Origin: Lentisphaerae bacterium RIFOXYA12_FULL_48_11
GTDB taxonomy: Bacteria; Verrucomicrobiota; Kiritimatiellia; UBA8416; YA12-FULL-48-11
NCBI GenBank assembly: GCA_001804885.1
Contig: MHBM01000243.1
Span: 28,119-92,118 of the forward strand
Reading direction: 5' to 3'
Length of the DNA: 64,000 nucleotides
Shown here: positions 28,186-37,979 of the stretch, piece after piece
Layout of the letters: every line of letters begins with the position of its first letter
Numbering within the stretch: the stretch's first letter is position 1
Notes under the pieces: generated by a model
The model's input: only the letters and a program-made list of their open reading frames with translations
What the model was told of the DNA's origin: nothing
Database searches by the model: none
Made by a program: the position numbers and the translations under genes

Positions 28186-29216
28186 TGCAGGATGACCATC
28201 TGTTTATTCGCATACCTGACAATACACCAAACATTTCGCTTTACTCCGCGCACATTGCCTATAGATATAATTCTGAAAATCCCGGAATCCGTCGATACAT
28301 AATTTCGCACAGCCGGATCAAGACCTGGGATTCTTGCAAAAAGATCATTTACATCTCTATATGAACTATCTTCCTTCTTACCTTCAGAATCAGATATTCC
28401 CTCGCGTTCCTCAATAATTGCTCCAGCAAATATTTCATCCACATTTGGCAGCGTCATCAAAACCCTTTGGGACGCGGCATTTACATTTACTTTTCCATCC
28501 CCATAAGTTGTCAGGATATCATCGATACCATCGACTGTGAATGCTTCCTGATTGGCATCGTTTGTTCCAATCAAGCCCCCCGATAATATCGCTTTTGTGA
28601 ACCCTTTTACAAGCAGAAGCTCGCCAACAGTATCAAGAGGACCATTCTTAACCCTGTACGGAGGTTCAAGCTGAGCATAATAGTCATCAGTTTCTGCACC
28701 ATTAAAACGAGGTGTATCATCACCATCGATCCAATCAAGGAATGCGGCAATTAGCTCTCCCCACATTTCCTGAGGAATGCCTCCGACATCAAGCAATCGT
28801 TCCCAGTCATCTTCCTTAAGAAGGTTAACATTTCGTCTTGCGGGTTCCGGGACAATATCGAGCGTTATAGTGCCGGCACCCAAAGGTTGTTCTAATCCCC
28901 GTATTGGCAACCCCTGTGCTAATCTTTTTGAATACTGGTACCACCATTCAGATTGCTGAACATCGCCCTCAGGAATATTCTTGGCATTCAGACTTTTATA
29001 CATAAGTAGTTCTGCCAGTTCTATTCCTGATTTAGCCAGATATTCGGCTTTTGTACGGCAACGGTAATAAGAGGTAATCCGCGCCTCAAGATGAGCATCA
29101 AACGCAAATGCACTAACCAGTAAGCCAAGAAGCCCAATGACCCAAATTACGACTATAAGGGCCGAGCCTTTGTTATAATTCTTCTTTTGAAGATCAATCT
29201 GACTATTTGTGATCAT
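28167..29216 (-). CDS. gspK: T2SS minor pseudopilin GspK
   Basis: Pilin-like N-terminus GSALIVVIWVIGLLGLLVSAF lacking Glu at +5, which is a GspK hallmark. A helix-hairpin-helix-like block VNVNAASQRVLMTLPNV follows. Confidence 0.8.
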   Translation of the reverse strand: MITNSQIDLQKKNYNKGSALIVVIWVIGLLGLLVSAFAFDAHLEARITSYYRCRTKAEYLAKSGIELAELLMYKSLNAKNIPEGDVQQSEWWYQYSKRLAQGLPIRGLEQPLGAGTITLDIVPEPARRNVNLLKEDDWERLLDVGGIPQEMWGELIAAFLDWIDGDDTPRFNGAETDDYYAQLEPPYRVKNGPLDTVGELLLVKGFTKAILSGGLIGTNDANQEAFTVDGIDDILTTYGDGKVNVNAASQRVLMTLPNVDEIFAGAIIEEREGISDSEGKKEDSSYRDVNDLFARIPGLDPAVRNYVSTDSGIFRIISIGNVRGVKRNVWCIVRYANKQMVILQWREEE

Positions 29217-29235
29217 CTTTGGCTATAACAATCAA

Positions 29236-29916
29236 TTACTGCCAGGATAGAGGTGCTGCCGGTATTCCTACAGCTCTTTTCAACTCCACTGGACTTTCAC
29301 CGTCATGCAGTGGTTCGAGATAAAACGTCAATTCGACAAGAGTTGGTATCCTGTTTGTCTCCTCCCAGTCATCCAGCCAGTCAATCTGATCGTTGACCTT
29401 CTGCCAAGCTGTTCTGCAATTAAATCCTATAATCTTACTTGGCAGAAATGTTGGTAATATCTGATCTGGATCAAAGTCTTCATCTTTGTCAAGTATCTGT
29501 CCTTGGAGTCTCCATGCTCTGATTGCAACACCTTGGATGCCATTCTCGTCCCGTTCAACAGAGAATTTAATCCTGTGAGGACTACCTGCAAAAGGGCAAT
29601 CACTCCCTACAAGGGCTGAACCGACTTTTACCCAGCAGATACTGTCACTCGCAGATTCGCCGCCCCCCTCATCTTTGGTCCATAACCCGTATTGAATCGA
29701 TCCACCACGAACTTCAGGGCAATAGGCAGATCGTAATCCCATAACAAGCTGTTCAATAACAAAATCTCCGTGGTGTAAATCGTCACTAAGAGTCATTCCT
29801 TTCTTCCATGCCGTTATTACTGTGGAAAAAACGAGATAAGTCACAGTCGTTACGGCACCAAGTATCGTGACTGCAAGCATCAGCTCCAGAAGTGTAAATC
29901 CCCGGATATTCTTCAT
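29236..29916 (-). CDS. gspJ: T2SS minor pseudopilin GspJ-like
   Basis: Prepilin motif MKNIRG/FTLLELMLAVTILG. Its operon position between gspI and gspK fits GspJ. Confidence 0.65.
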   Translation of the reverse strand: MKNIRGFTLLELMLAVTILGAVTTVTYLVFSTVITAWKKGMTLSDDLHHGDFVIEQLVMGLRSAYCPEVRGGSIQYGLWTKDEGGGESASDSICWVKVGSALVGSDCPFAGSPHRIKFSVERDENGIQGVAIRAWRLQGQILDKDEDFDPDQILPTFLPSKIIGFNCRTAWQKVNDQIDWLDDWEETNRIPTLVELTFYLEPLHDGESPVELKRAVGIPAAPLSWQ

Positions 29917-29920
29917 AGTT

Positions 29921-30322
29921 TTACGGCTGTTTTGGTAATTCAAGAACATAACGCACTACTTCTTCACTCATTTCATGGCTGTGATCTGACCAAGATACTT
30001 TGGTCCGCATTACGTAAAGAGTATCCTTGTCTTCATCATCTTCAACAACACGAGAGAATGTAAACCCTCCAGGATATTCAACGGGAGAGACTTCAAGCTG
30101 TTTAACGTCGTTTGTAGGCACAATAGGATAATCAAGGTCGCCTTTGTTCAAAGTCCACTGCGCAGTCTGATAATTTTTGGCAGATTTCATAACAGCGAGG
30201 CAACGCGAAGCTGCAGTCAGCAGAACAACAAGCCCTGTACTTAGGATAACAACAGCGATAAAGACTTCAATCAAAGTCATTCCTGCCTGGGAATGTTTTT
30301 TGAGACATAATTGGTTGTTCAC
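29921..30322 (-). CDS. gspI: T2SS minor pseudopilin GspI-like
   Basis: Prepilin motif SQAG/MTLIEVFIAVVILS. 133 aa. GTGA overlap with gspH. Confidence 0.65.
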   Translation of the reverse strand: MNNQLCLKKHSQAGMTLIEVFIAVVILSTGLVVLLTAASRCLAVMKSAKNYQTAQWTLNKGDLDYPIVPTNDVKQLEVSPVEYPGGFTFSRVVEDDEDKDTLYVMRTKVSWSDHSHEMSEEVVRYVLELPKQP

Positions 30323-30933
30323 TGGCTTCCCTCTGTTTTGGCAGAACCCAAAGCATCGACACTAATAATAGTGAAAGCCCCTCTTTCATCTGCTATTTTC
30401 ACGCTGTACGGAGAACATGTCCCATTGCTTCGATAAACAACCATGCAAGAACCCTTGGTTTGCTGACTACCCTTTGATGACTCAACATAGGCGAACCCGA
30501 CACCATCAAGTTTTCTTGTAAATTCGGGAACACCCCCGGTAGTCGATGTGCCTGGAACCATATTTGTATCTGTATCAAGACCAGATTCCTGATTAGGAGC
30601 GGTCGACGATACTTTTACAATACTACCATCAGGATTTACCGGATCATTTACAACCAAGACATCTGCAGCTGGCACAAGAAGAAGCTTGGAGGTATTTATA
30701 TCAAACACAAGCGCATGTTCTTTCTGTTTTAACAAAGACATTGTCCTTGCGTACTTCCCCATCATCACAACTGTACGCGACGCAGTCCGTAGCCTGTTGC
30801 CACGCATGGATTTCACGAAAACAGGGACAGTGACAGCCGCCATAATGCCTACGATTGCCATCACAAGCAGCACTTCCACAAGAGTAAAACCACCCACTAT
30901 GCGTTTTTCTCGCATTTTCATGTAGGCTGACAA
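30319..30933 (-). CDS. gspH: T2SS minor pseudopilin GspH-like
   Basis: Prepilin motif RIVGG/FTLVEVLLVMAIVG. It lies directly downstream of gspG. Confidence 0.6.
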   Translation of the reverse strand: MSAYMKMREKRIVGGFTLVEVLLVMAIVGIMAAVTVPVFVKSMRGNRLRTASRTVVMMGKYARTMSLLKQKEHALVFDINTSKLLLVPAADVLVVNDPVNPDGSIVKVSSTAPNQESGLDTDTNMVPGTSTTGGVPEFTRKLDGVGFAYVESSKGSQQTKGSCMVVYRSNGTCSPYSVKIADERGAFTIISVDALGSAKTEGSQ

Positions 30934-30966
30934 GCCATCGAGAAATCGACGATCAGAATTAATTGA

Positions 30967-31425
30967 TCAGGTTCCATCATTTGTGAAGCTTGTAATATCA
31001 TCTTCTGATCCCACCTGCTTGTCTGGCCCACCAGATCTCACCTCGTAGTTATTATCCCCCTTGGGCGTATAAGAGAAGGAGGTTCCCCATGCATCAACCG
31101 GCATACCACCTTTAAGATATGGTCCATTCCAGTTCGGTTCTCCTGCACTGCTTATGAGCGACTGCAGGGATGATGGATATTTCCCTGTATCTACCTCGTA
31201 TAAGTCAATAGCAGTGCAAATGGCGGAAATGCTTGCGCGTGTCGCCTTGATCATGGCACCCTTTTGTTTCCCTCCCACGCTTACCACAACAACGCTGGCA
31301 AGAATCCCGAGGATAACTACAACAAGAAGAACTTCAACCAGCGTGAAACCTGCACGGCATAACCTTCTGTTTTTTGAATTTATTTGTGCACTCTTCCTCA
31401 TACCAACTCTCCTTTCATCATACAT
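30967..31425 (-). CDS. gspG: T2SS major pseudopilin
   Basis: CRAG/FTLVEVLLVVVILGILASVVV, then IDLYEVDTGKYPSSLQSL and NWNGPYLK...DAWGTSFSY, which is typical of GspG. ATG 31401 is an alternative start. Confidence 0.9.
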   Translation of the reverse strand: MYDERRVGMRKSAQINSKNRRLCRAGFTLVEVLLVVVILGILASVVVVSVGGKQKGAMIKATRASISAICTAIDLYEVDTGKYPSSLQSLISSAGEPNWNGPYLKGGMPVDAWGTSFSYTPKGDNNYEVRSGGPDKQVGSEDDITSFTNDGT

Positions 31426-32656
31426 TCAGTCCGTTCGTCAAATTGAATACCGCCATTAAAATACTTACAGCCACAAAACCGACCATGGCAGCAACAAAAA
31501 CGATCAGGATTGGTTCAAGTGCTGTTGTAAATATCTTCACATTTCTATTAAGTTCTGTTTCGTAACGAGATGCTATGTGTGTAAGTGATCCCACCATATC
31601 TCCTGTCTGTTCCCCTATAGCCAGCATATCAGTCATTAGCGGAGGGAAAATCTTGCCTGCGGCAAGCGGTCCGGATATTGTAGTTCCGTCAGTCACCCTG
31701 TCCTTGGCTTTTCTTATTTCCCCTCCGATAACAAGATTTCCAACCGTTTGTTCAACAATACCAAGAGCCTGAAGAACTGGGACTCCGTTAGTAAGCAGTG
31801 TGCCAAGAGTTCGGGCAAAGTTTGAATAAATCGCAGATGCTACTATCCCCCTCACAAGAGGAACTTTCAGGACAAAACCGTCCCACCATAACCGCCCACG
31901 CTCAGTCTTTAATCCCCTTGCCGCCATCACACACAAAAAAGTGCCGGTCGCAATCATAAGCCAGCCATATTTTCCGATAATATTACTCGTTCCAATCAGA
32001 ATTCTTGTTGGTAAAGGCAGGGTCTGCCCCAGTTGCTGGAAAACTGCCTGGAATTTCGGAACAACAAAAACCATGGAAAAGATTAATGTAAGAATTCCCA
32101 AGGCTATAACAATTGCCGGGTATACCATCGCCATTACTACTTTTTCTTTTACATCCTGAACACGCTCATAATGCTCAACCAGTCGGCTCAATACCTCGTC
32201 CAATGCACCACTGGCCTCACCTGCCTTGATCATGCTGACATACAACTTGGAAAAAGTCGCAGGGTGTTTAGCCATAGCATCTGAAAGACTTGTACCCTGT
32301 AGAATCTCATCGCGAAGACCGACAACTATTTTATCAGATGGTCTGCCCGTCTTTCTGTTTGCAAGGGCATTAAGAGCGTTTCCCAGAGTCATTCCGGAAG
32401 CCAGAAGGTCGCTTAGTTCCGTTGTGAATATAAGCACCTCTCTGGGCCTCATTTTATTGGTTCTGCCGTGCCAGGAAAAATGTTCCACGGCATCAGGATT
32501 TTTAGCTGCGGCAGCAGCCCCCCGTTCGACTACTGATATTGGAATATGTCCGAGCTTTTCAATAGCCAAAAGGGCCGAACGTTTCTCGTTTGCTTCTATT
32601 GTGCCCTCAATCTTGTCGCCCTTTTTTGTACGAGCAGTATATACGAAAATAGCCAT
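31418..32656 (-). CDS. gspF: T2SS inner-membrane platform protein
   Basis: 412 aa with two repeated GspF/PilC-type domains and three TM regions. Confidence 0.93.
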   Translation of the reverse strand: MAIFVYTARTKKGDKIEGTIEANEKRSALLAIEKLGHIPISVVERGAAAAAKNPDAVEHFSWHGRTNKMRPREVLIFTTELSDLLASGMTLGNALNALANRKTGRPSDKIVVGLRDEILQGTSLSDAMAKHPATFSKLYVSMIKAGEASGALDEVLSRLVEHYERVQDVKEKVVMAMVYPAIVIALGILTLIFSMVFVVPKFQAVFQQLGQTLPLPTRILIGTSNIIGKYGWLMIATGTFLCVMAARGLKTERGRLWWDGFVLKVPLVRGIVASAIYSNFARTLGTLLTNGVPVLQALGIVEQTVGNLVIGGEIRKAKDRVTDGTTISGPLAAGKIFPPLMTDMLAIGEQTGDMVGSLTHIASRYETELNRNVKIFTTALEPILIVFVAAMVGFVAVSILMAVFNLTNGLNV

Positions 32657-32704
32657 ATTAGAAACCAGACATGAATACAGTCTGTCAAACGCAGATCATA
32701 AACC

Positions 32705-34408
32705 TCAATCATTCTCTTCCGAAGCTCTTAACACTTCCTCAATCGTCGTAATTCCATCCAGGACTTTATTCCAACCATCATCCCTCAAAGTACACATCCC
32801 CTCTGATATTGCCTTCTGTTTTATTACATTCATCGGGGCTCGCTGAATAACAAGAGACCTTATAGCTTCCGTGACCTCCAGCACCTCGAAAATACCTCTT
32901 CTCCCCTTGAATCCTGTCATCCTGCATTTCTCACATGTACCAGGGGCATAGATGATATTCCCGTTTAATCTGGATATGGGAAATTTAACTTCTTCAAGAA
33001 AGGTTGTTTCTGGGAAGACGACTTTCCTACAGTTCTCACACAATTTCCTTACCAGACGCTGGGCAACCACTGTTTCCACGGCTGAAGCAAGCAGAAACGA
33101 CTCAACGCCCATATCCAGTAAACGGGTAAATGCCCCTGCAGCATCATTGGTATGCAAGGTGCTGAAAACAAGATGACCTGTTAAGGCTGCCTGAATTGAA
33201 ATTTCGGCGGTTTCAAGATCACGTATTTCTCCGACCATTATGATGTCGGGATCCTGTCTTAGAAATGAACGCAGAGTGCGTCCAAAAGTAAGTCCGATTT
33301 CTGGCCTGACAAGCACCTGATTAATTCCAGGCATTTCATACTCAATAGGCTCTTCTGCGGTAAGAATACGCTGATCGATCGTATTGATTTCATGAAGGTA
33401 TGCATACAGTGATGTCGACTTACCTGAACCTGTGGGACCAGTCACAAGTATAATGCCGTTAGGCCTCTCTATTATCTTCCTGATCAGCTTGGCGTCACGA
33501 TCATTCATGCCAAGCTCTTTAAGTTGTATGAAAGCCCCACCCCTTTGAAGGAGACGCAAGCTTACACTCTCCCCATACACTGTAGGCATGGTCGAGACAC
33601 GTATATCGACATCTTGCCCTTGGACGCGAAGGCCAATCCTGCCATCCATCGGAAGGCGTTTTTCTGCTATGTCGAGGTTTGCCATGACCTTTATACGGGA
33701 AATAATGGCCGCTTGAAAACGGTTTAACTGTGCAGGAACAGGAGTTTCATGCAAGACGCCGTCAACTCTGTACCGTATGCGAAGTTTTTTTTCCATCGGT
33801 TCAAGATGAATGTCCGTGGCTCCCTGCTGACACGCCTCCCAAATTATCTGGTTAACAAACTTTACTATCGAAGCTTCCTGATCAAGGTCCCCGAGATCCA
33901 CTTTGCCCAAAGCTTCATCAGGTGCGAGTTCGAAACGATCATCCTGCATCATTTTATCTACAGTTTCTGCACCTACCCCATAAAACTTTTTTGCAGTTTT
34001 GACAATATCAGCTGAAGTACTTAGATTGAGCCTAATCCGAGTTCCCGCAGCAAGACGTAAAACATCCATTAAACCCGGATTAAGTGGATCATTGGTAGCA
34101 ACAATGAGCATTCCCCTGTCAAGGGACAATGGAATGACATTATACTGAAAAACAGCTTTAGTAGGCAACCGCTCCAGAACGTCAGAAGGAATGTCGGTTG
34201 CACCAAGACGAAGAAAAGGAATATTAATAACTTTCCCTATTGCTTGAAGAAAAGGTTCCTCCTCCGCAAATCCTTCCTTTACAACTATATCTGTAATATT
34301 CGCTTCGCCGCCACGGATGGTTACAAGTAGCGTTTCAATCTGTTCATCGGTAAACAGACCCGTTCTCTTCAAGATATCAGTCAAATACGATGTAGAAATT
34401 CCCGCCAT
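32705..34408 (-). CDS. gspE: T2SS ATPase
   Basis: Walker A GPTGSGKST, Asp/His boxes, and a tetracysteine motif CENCRK...CEKCRMTGFKGRRG. Confidence 0.95.
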   Translation of the reverse strand: MAGISTSYLTDILKRTGLFTDEQIETLLVTIRGGEANITDIVVKEGFAEEEPFLQAIGKVINIPFLRLGATDIPSDVLERLPTKAVFQYNVIPLSLDRGMLIVATNDPLNPGLMDVLRLAAGTRIRLNLSTSADIVKTAKKFYGVGAETVDKMMQDDRFELAPDEALGKVDLGDLDQEASIVKFVNQIIWEACQQGATDIHLEPMEKKLRIRYRVDGVLHETPVPAQLNRFQAAIISRIKVMANLDIAEKRLPMDGRIGLRVQGQDVDIRVSTMPTVYGESVSLRLLQRGGAFIQLKELGMNDRDAKLIRKIIERPNGIILVTGPTGSGKSTSLYAYLHEINTIDQRILTAEEPIEYEMPGINQVLVRPEIGLTFGRTLRSFLRQDPDIIMVGEIRDLETAEISIQAALTGHLVFSTLHTNDAAGAFTRLLDMGVESFLLASAVETVVAQRLVRKLCENCRKVVFPETTFLEEVKFPISRLNGNIIYAPGTCEKCRMTGFKGRRGIFEVLEVTEAIRSLVIQRAPMNVIKQKAISEGMCTLRDDGWNKVLDGITTIEEVLRASEEND

Positions 34409-34439
34409 ATCAAATTAACACCCATTCTCAGTTAAAAAA

Positions 34440-34468
34440 ATTATATACCAGTCTTGTAAAATAGCCAA
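34440..34468 (-). promoter_or_regulatory. candidate sigma70-type promoter of the T2SS operon
   Basis: TTGGCT-N17-TATAAT on the minus strand, about 30 nt upstream of the gspE ATG. Confidence 0.4.
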
Positions 34469-34477
34469 ATGGCAAAA

Positions 34478-35230
34478 TCACATTTCGGAGGTATCTACAT
34501 TTTCACTTCTTTCTCTTGATCCAGCAGCCCATGCTGCCTGTTTGGCTATGCCCATAAGAATTTTGATATCATCCATGGTCAGAGTACCCCGCGAAAGAAT
34601 TCGGCGTACACCTTGCATCATGTGATCCGCCTTGTCTTCTTTCATAAAACCAATCCGCAGAAGAGTGTCGCGCCACATCGCGAACATTCGTTCCCTCGCA
34701 TCTGAAGGTGCTTCAGGCGACATCTCCATGATCGGCTCATACGTCCCGAATGCCAGGAAAATTTCATAACAACATATAAGTACTGCCTGAGCAATGTTCA
34801 ATGATTTGAAGTCGAGCGTGGTAGGAATCTGGATGATCTGTGTGCACAGGGCGAGATCTTCATTGGACAATCCATTGTCTTCTCGTCCAAAAACTATAGC
34901 CACTTTGCCTGTTTTTGCCACATCAACAGCTTTTTGAGCCCATGCACGAGGTGTTTTGGCATGCTGACGATAGAGTCCATCTCTGGCAGTAGTCCCCATT
35001 ACTGCGCCGCAATTAGCAATGGCCTCCGCCAAGTTTGCATATTCTGTCTTGGATTCCAGGATATGGACTGCATGACACGCCATTTTCCGTGCTTCTTCCA
35101 TATTCAAATTAAGAGGCTTAACCAAAGCCAAATCAGAGATCCCCATGTTAGCCATTGCGCGACATGTTGAGCCGACATTTCCACCGTAAATCGGGTTAAC
35201 AAGAACGATCCTTATATTATCAAGACTCAT
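34478..35230 (-). CDS. trmJ: SpoU/TrmH-class RNA 2'-O-methyltransferase, TrmJ-like
   Basis: The N-terminus IRIVLVNPIYGGNVGSTCRAMANMGISDLALVKP parallels E. coli TrmJ ([26 protein letters not shown]). Confidence 0.75.
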   Translation of the reverse strand: MSLDNIRIVLVNPIYGGNVGSTCRAMANMGISDLALVKPLNLNMEEARKMACHAVHILESKTEYANLAEAIANCGAVMGTTARDGLYRQHAKTPRAWAQKAVDVAKTGKVAIVFGREDNGLSNEDLALCTQIIQIPTTLDFKSLNIAQAVLICCYEIFLAFGTYEPIMEMSPEAPSDARERMFAMWRDTLLRIGFMKEDKADHMMQGVRRILSRGTLTMDDIKILMGIAKQAAWAAGSRERSENVDTSEM

Positions 35231-35339
35231 TATGATTCCTTTAACTAACAGCCCATCAAGTTTCCATATATACGCTTTTTTGTGGCCTTTAAGTAAAAGT
35301 TGATGTTATAACAACACACGAAAGTTGTAAATTAAGGAG

Positions 35340-35825
35340 ATGAAAATGGATGAATTACTTAAACTCCTGAGGAAAAATGCACTGGAATCGCCGTCTAACA
35401 TTGCAAAAATGTTAGGTCTTACCGAGAAAGAAGTTAAGGCTAAGATAGCCGAATATGAGAAAAAAGGTATAATTCGTGGTTATCAGGCTATAGTTAACAA
35501 GGATCAATTGGATCTGAATACCGTTCGCGCAGTAATTGAGGTTAAGATCACACCTGAACGTGAAGGGGGATTTGATCGTATTGCCGCACGTCTTGGCAAA
35601 TTCCCGGAAGTTGAGTCGCTTTCCCTGATGTCAGGAGGATACGATCTTCTGGTATTTGTAACCGGAGCGCACCTGAAAGACGTAGCATTGTTTGTAAGCG
35701 AGAAACTGGCGACAATAGAAGGCGTGTTATCCACATCAACACATTTTATGTTAAAAACTTACAAGGACCAGGGGGTCCTAATGGAAACGGAAAAAGAAGA
35801 TGAAAGGCTCAAAGTTTCACCGTAA
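35340..35825 (+). CDS. Lrp/AsnC family transcriptional regulator
   Basis: N-terminal helix-turn-helix (LLRKNALESPSNIAKMLGLTEKEVKAKIAEYEKKGIIRGY) plus a C-terminal RAM-like domain. AAGGAG ribosome-binding site. Confidence 0.9.
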   Translation: MKMDELLKLLRKNALESPSNIAKMLGLTEKEVKAKIAEYEKKGIIRGYQAIVNKDQLDLNTVRAVIEVKITPEREGGFDRIAARLGKFPEVESLSLMSGGYDLLVFVTGAHLKDVALFVSEKLATIEGVLSTSTHFMLKTYKDQGVLMETEKEDERLKVSP

Positions 35826-36984
35826 TTTTATTGCATCACACTTGCAGGGCATTCCAAAGTCAGGTATCCGCGATTTCTTTGATATTGTCAGTACAAGGAA
35901 AGACATAATCAGTTTGAGTATTGGCGAACCTGATTTTGTTACACCGTGGCATATTCGTGAAGCCTCAATATTTGCGTTGGACCGAGGAGCCACTGCGTAC
36001 ACGGCAAACCTCGGACTACTTGAACTACGACTGCTACTTTCAAAATACATAACGAAGTCATTCCATGTAGAATACGATCCAACTTCCGAGGTTCTTGTTA
36101 CAGTTGGTGTAAGCGAAGCCATGGATCTTGCCATACGTGCAATTACCGAACCTGGTGATGAAATCATTTATCACGAACCGTGTTTCGTGTCGTATGCGCC
36201 TGTTATTATTATGGCCCACGGAAAACCTGTACCAGTAATAACCAAACGTGAAGACTCTTTTAAGCTTAAGCCTGATATGCTGAAGAAAAAAATAACAAAC
36301 AGAACAAAGGCTATTATCCTGAATTTTCCAAACAATCCAACTGGGGCAGTTCTGGAACGTAAGGACGTTGAAGACATCGCAGACATTGTCATTAAAAATG
36401 ATCTATTGGTAATAACTGATGAAATTTATTCCGAGTTGACTTACGAAGGCGAACGGGTTTGCATTGCATCCCTGCCGGGAATGAGAGAACGAACTATATT
36501 TCTCAATGGATTCTCAAAAACTTGGGCAATGACAGGCTTCCGTGTGGGCTTTGCCTGCGCCCCAGCCCCTCTCACAGATGCCATGATGAAAATACACCAG
36601 TATATAATGATGTGTGCGCCTATTCTTAGCCAGAAGGCAGCAATAGAAGCCCTGAAAAATGGAGATTCAGATATAATCGAAATGTGTTCGGAATACAGGA
36701 AAAGGCGAAACTTTATCTGCAGCTCACTAAACGATATGGGGTTGCCTTGTCACATTCCCAAAGGTGCATTTTATGCTTTTCCTTACATCGGTGATTATGG
36801 CATGACGTCAAAAGACTTTTCACTAAAGCTTCTTGATAAAGAAAACGTGGCTTGTGTTCCAGGAACCGCTTTTGGGCAAAGCGGGGAAGGATTCCTGCGT
36901 TGTTCATATGCCACAAATATGGATGATATCAAAGAAGCCATAATCCGAATCGCACGCTTTGTTAAACTGCTAAAGAAAGGTTAA
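35800..36984 (+). CDS. class I/II pyridoxal-phosphate aminotransferase (AspC/AlaT-like)
   Basis: SGIRDFFD, LSIGEPDFVTP, and the PLP-binding Lys in NGFSKTWAMTGFRVG. It overlaps the Lrp gene by 26 nt. Confidence 0.9.
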   Translation: MKGSKFHRNFIASHLQGIPKSGIRDFFDIVSTRKDIISLSIGEPDFVTPWHIREASIFALDRGATAYTANLGLLELRLLLSKYITKSFHVEYDPTSEVLVTVGVSEAMDLAIRAITEPGDEIIYHEPCFVSYAPVIIMAHGKPVPVITKREDSFKLKPDMLKKKITNRTKAIILNFPNNPTGAVLERKDVEDIADIVIKNDLLVITDEIYSELTYEGERVCIASLPGMRERTIFLNGFSKTWAMTGFRVGFACAPAPLTDAMMKIHQYIMMCAPILSQKAAIEALKNGDSDIIEMCSEYRKRRNFICSSLNDMGLPCHIPKGAFYAFPYIGDYGMTSKDFSLKLLDKENVACVPGTAFGQSGEGFLRCSYATNMDDIKEAIIRIARFVKLLKKG

Positions 36985-36988
36985 CAAC

Positions 36989-37834
36989 CTATTTTACGGT
37001 CAATCGCGTAGCCTTGATCAAGGCCTTCCAGAGACCTTCCTGATCCTTCTCGGCCATGATTGCCTTGCGTACTTCAGGCTTAATAAACGATTCAGTAAGG
37101 CCAGCCAGCAGTTTCAGGTAAAAGGCACTTGCCGCTGTTGGTATTACGAGAAAAAAAACCATTTTAGTCAGGCTCTTCTCATCATCACCATTGGCGGTAA
37201 ACTTTATCCCTTTTTTGCTGATACCTAAAGAAAGAGTAAGACTGCCTCCTTCTATACCCCTTACATGAGGAAACGCAATCCCGTGATCAACCGCGGTGCT
37301 AACAACTGCCTCACGTTTTAAAGCACGCTCTACGAGCTTGTCAGCCTTATCGACGAATCCTTCAGCCTCCATTTTATAGGCAAGTTCCCTAATAGCACCT
37401 TCGACATCGGTCGATTCAAGGCTTGGCACCATCAGTGATTGTGCTGAAAAACGCTGGATTCCTGGTTTTCTGGGCTCGCTCCGTCGCGGTGTTCCGCGGA
37501 CATGACGAGGAGCAGATTCCGGATAATAGAGAATTCGCGCACAATTAGGACAATTGTGAATAGCCTTGGCAAGCCTTACAGCCTGAACGAGACTGATAGG
37601 CAGCTTCAAACCGCACACAGAACAAATTCCATCAGAAATTGGAACAATCACATTGAAATCTTTTTTCTGGAGCTTCTCGAACATAATACGGTGCTCACTA
37701 ACAAGTCCTGTCGCCATTGCCTTTATTGATGCATCCAGTTCTTCGAGCCTCTCCCCTCCCCGTGCAATCTTCTGCTCGTGTCTGATTAACGTCAACTCTT
37801 GCAATTGAATCATCTGATTGATTATGGAATGCAT
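36989..37834 (-). CDS. fusion protein: coiled coil + C4 zinc ribbon + PTS EIIA-2 (PtsN-like) domain
   Basis: The N-terminal CSVCGLKLPISLVQAVRLAKAIHNCPNCARILYY is paralogous to the ribbon of the 17671-18387 gene. The C-terminal domain has the EIIA-2 His motif in AVDHGIAFPHVRG. Confidence 0.7.
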   Translation of the reverse strand: MHSIINQMIQLQELTLIRHEQKIARGGERLEELDASIKAMATGLVSEHRIMFEKLQKKDFNVIVPISDGICSVCGLKLPISLVQAVRLAKAIHNCPNCARILYYPESAPRHVRGTPRRSEPRKPGIQRFSAQSLMVPSLESTDVEGAIRELAYKMEAEGFVDKADKLVERALKREAVVSTAVDHGIAFPHVRGIEGGSLTLSLGISKKGIKFTANGDDEKSLTKMVFFLVIPTAASAFYLKLLAGLTESFIKPEVRKAIMAEKDQEGLWKALIKATRLTVK

Positions 37835-37979
37835 TTAATCTCCAGAAATACTAATTAAGGCTATTAATGATTATTGTTAAGCATTAGTGCTCCAAACCAG
37901 TTATAGTATTTCATGTCAACAGAAAGTCAATCTATAAGGACAGGAATTCAAATTAAAATCTGGAACAGATTGAAACTAA

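Noticed and set aside
32226-32846. Long antisense ORFs inside real genes. Examples: 32226-32846 (+), 58857-59450 (+), 23528-24070 (+), 63172-63675 (+), 718-1326 (-), 6602-7105 (-), 15351-15830 (-) and 19503-19919 (+)
   Set aside because: They are shadow frames of well-supported genes on the opposite strand. Their sequences are low-complexity or Ser/Leu/Ile-rich, with no ribosome-binding sites or motifs.
35727-35735. Perfect DnaA box TTATCCACA near the divergent gene switch at 35.3 kb
   Set aside because: It is a single copy inside the Lrp coding sequence, with no cluster and no AT-rich unwinding element. One 9-mer match in 64 kb is expected by chance.
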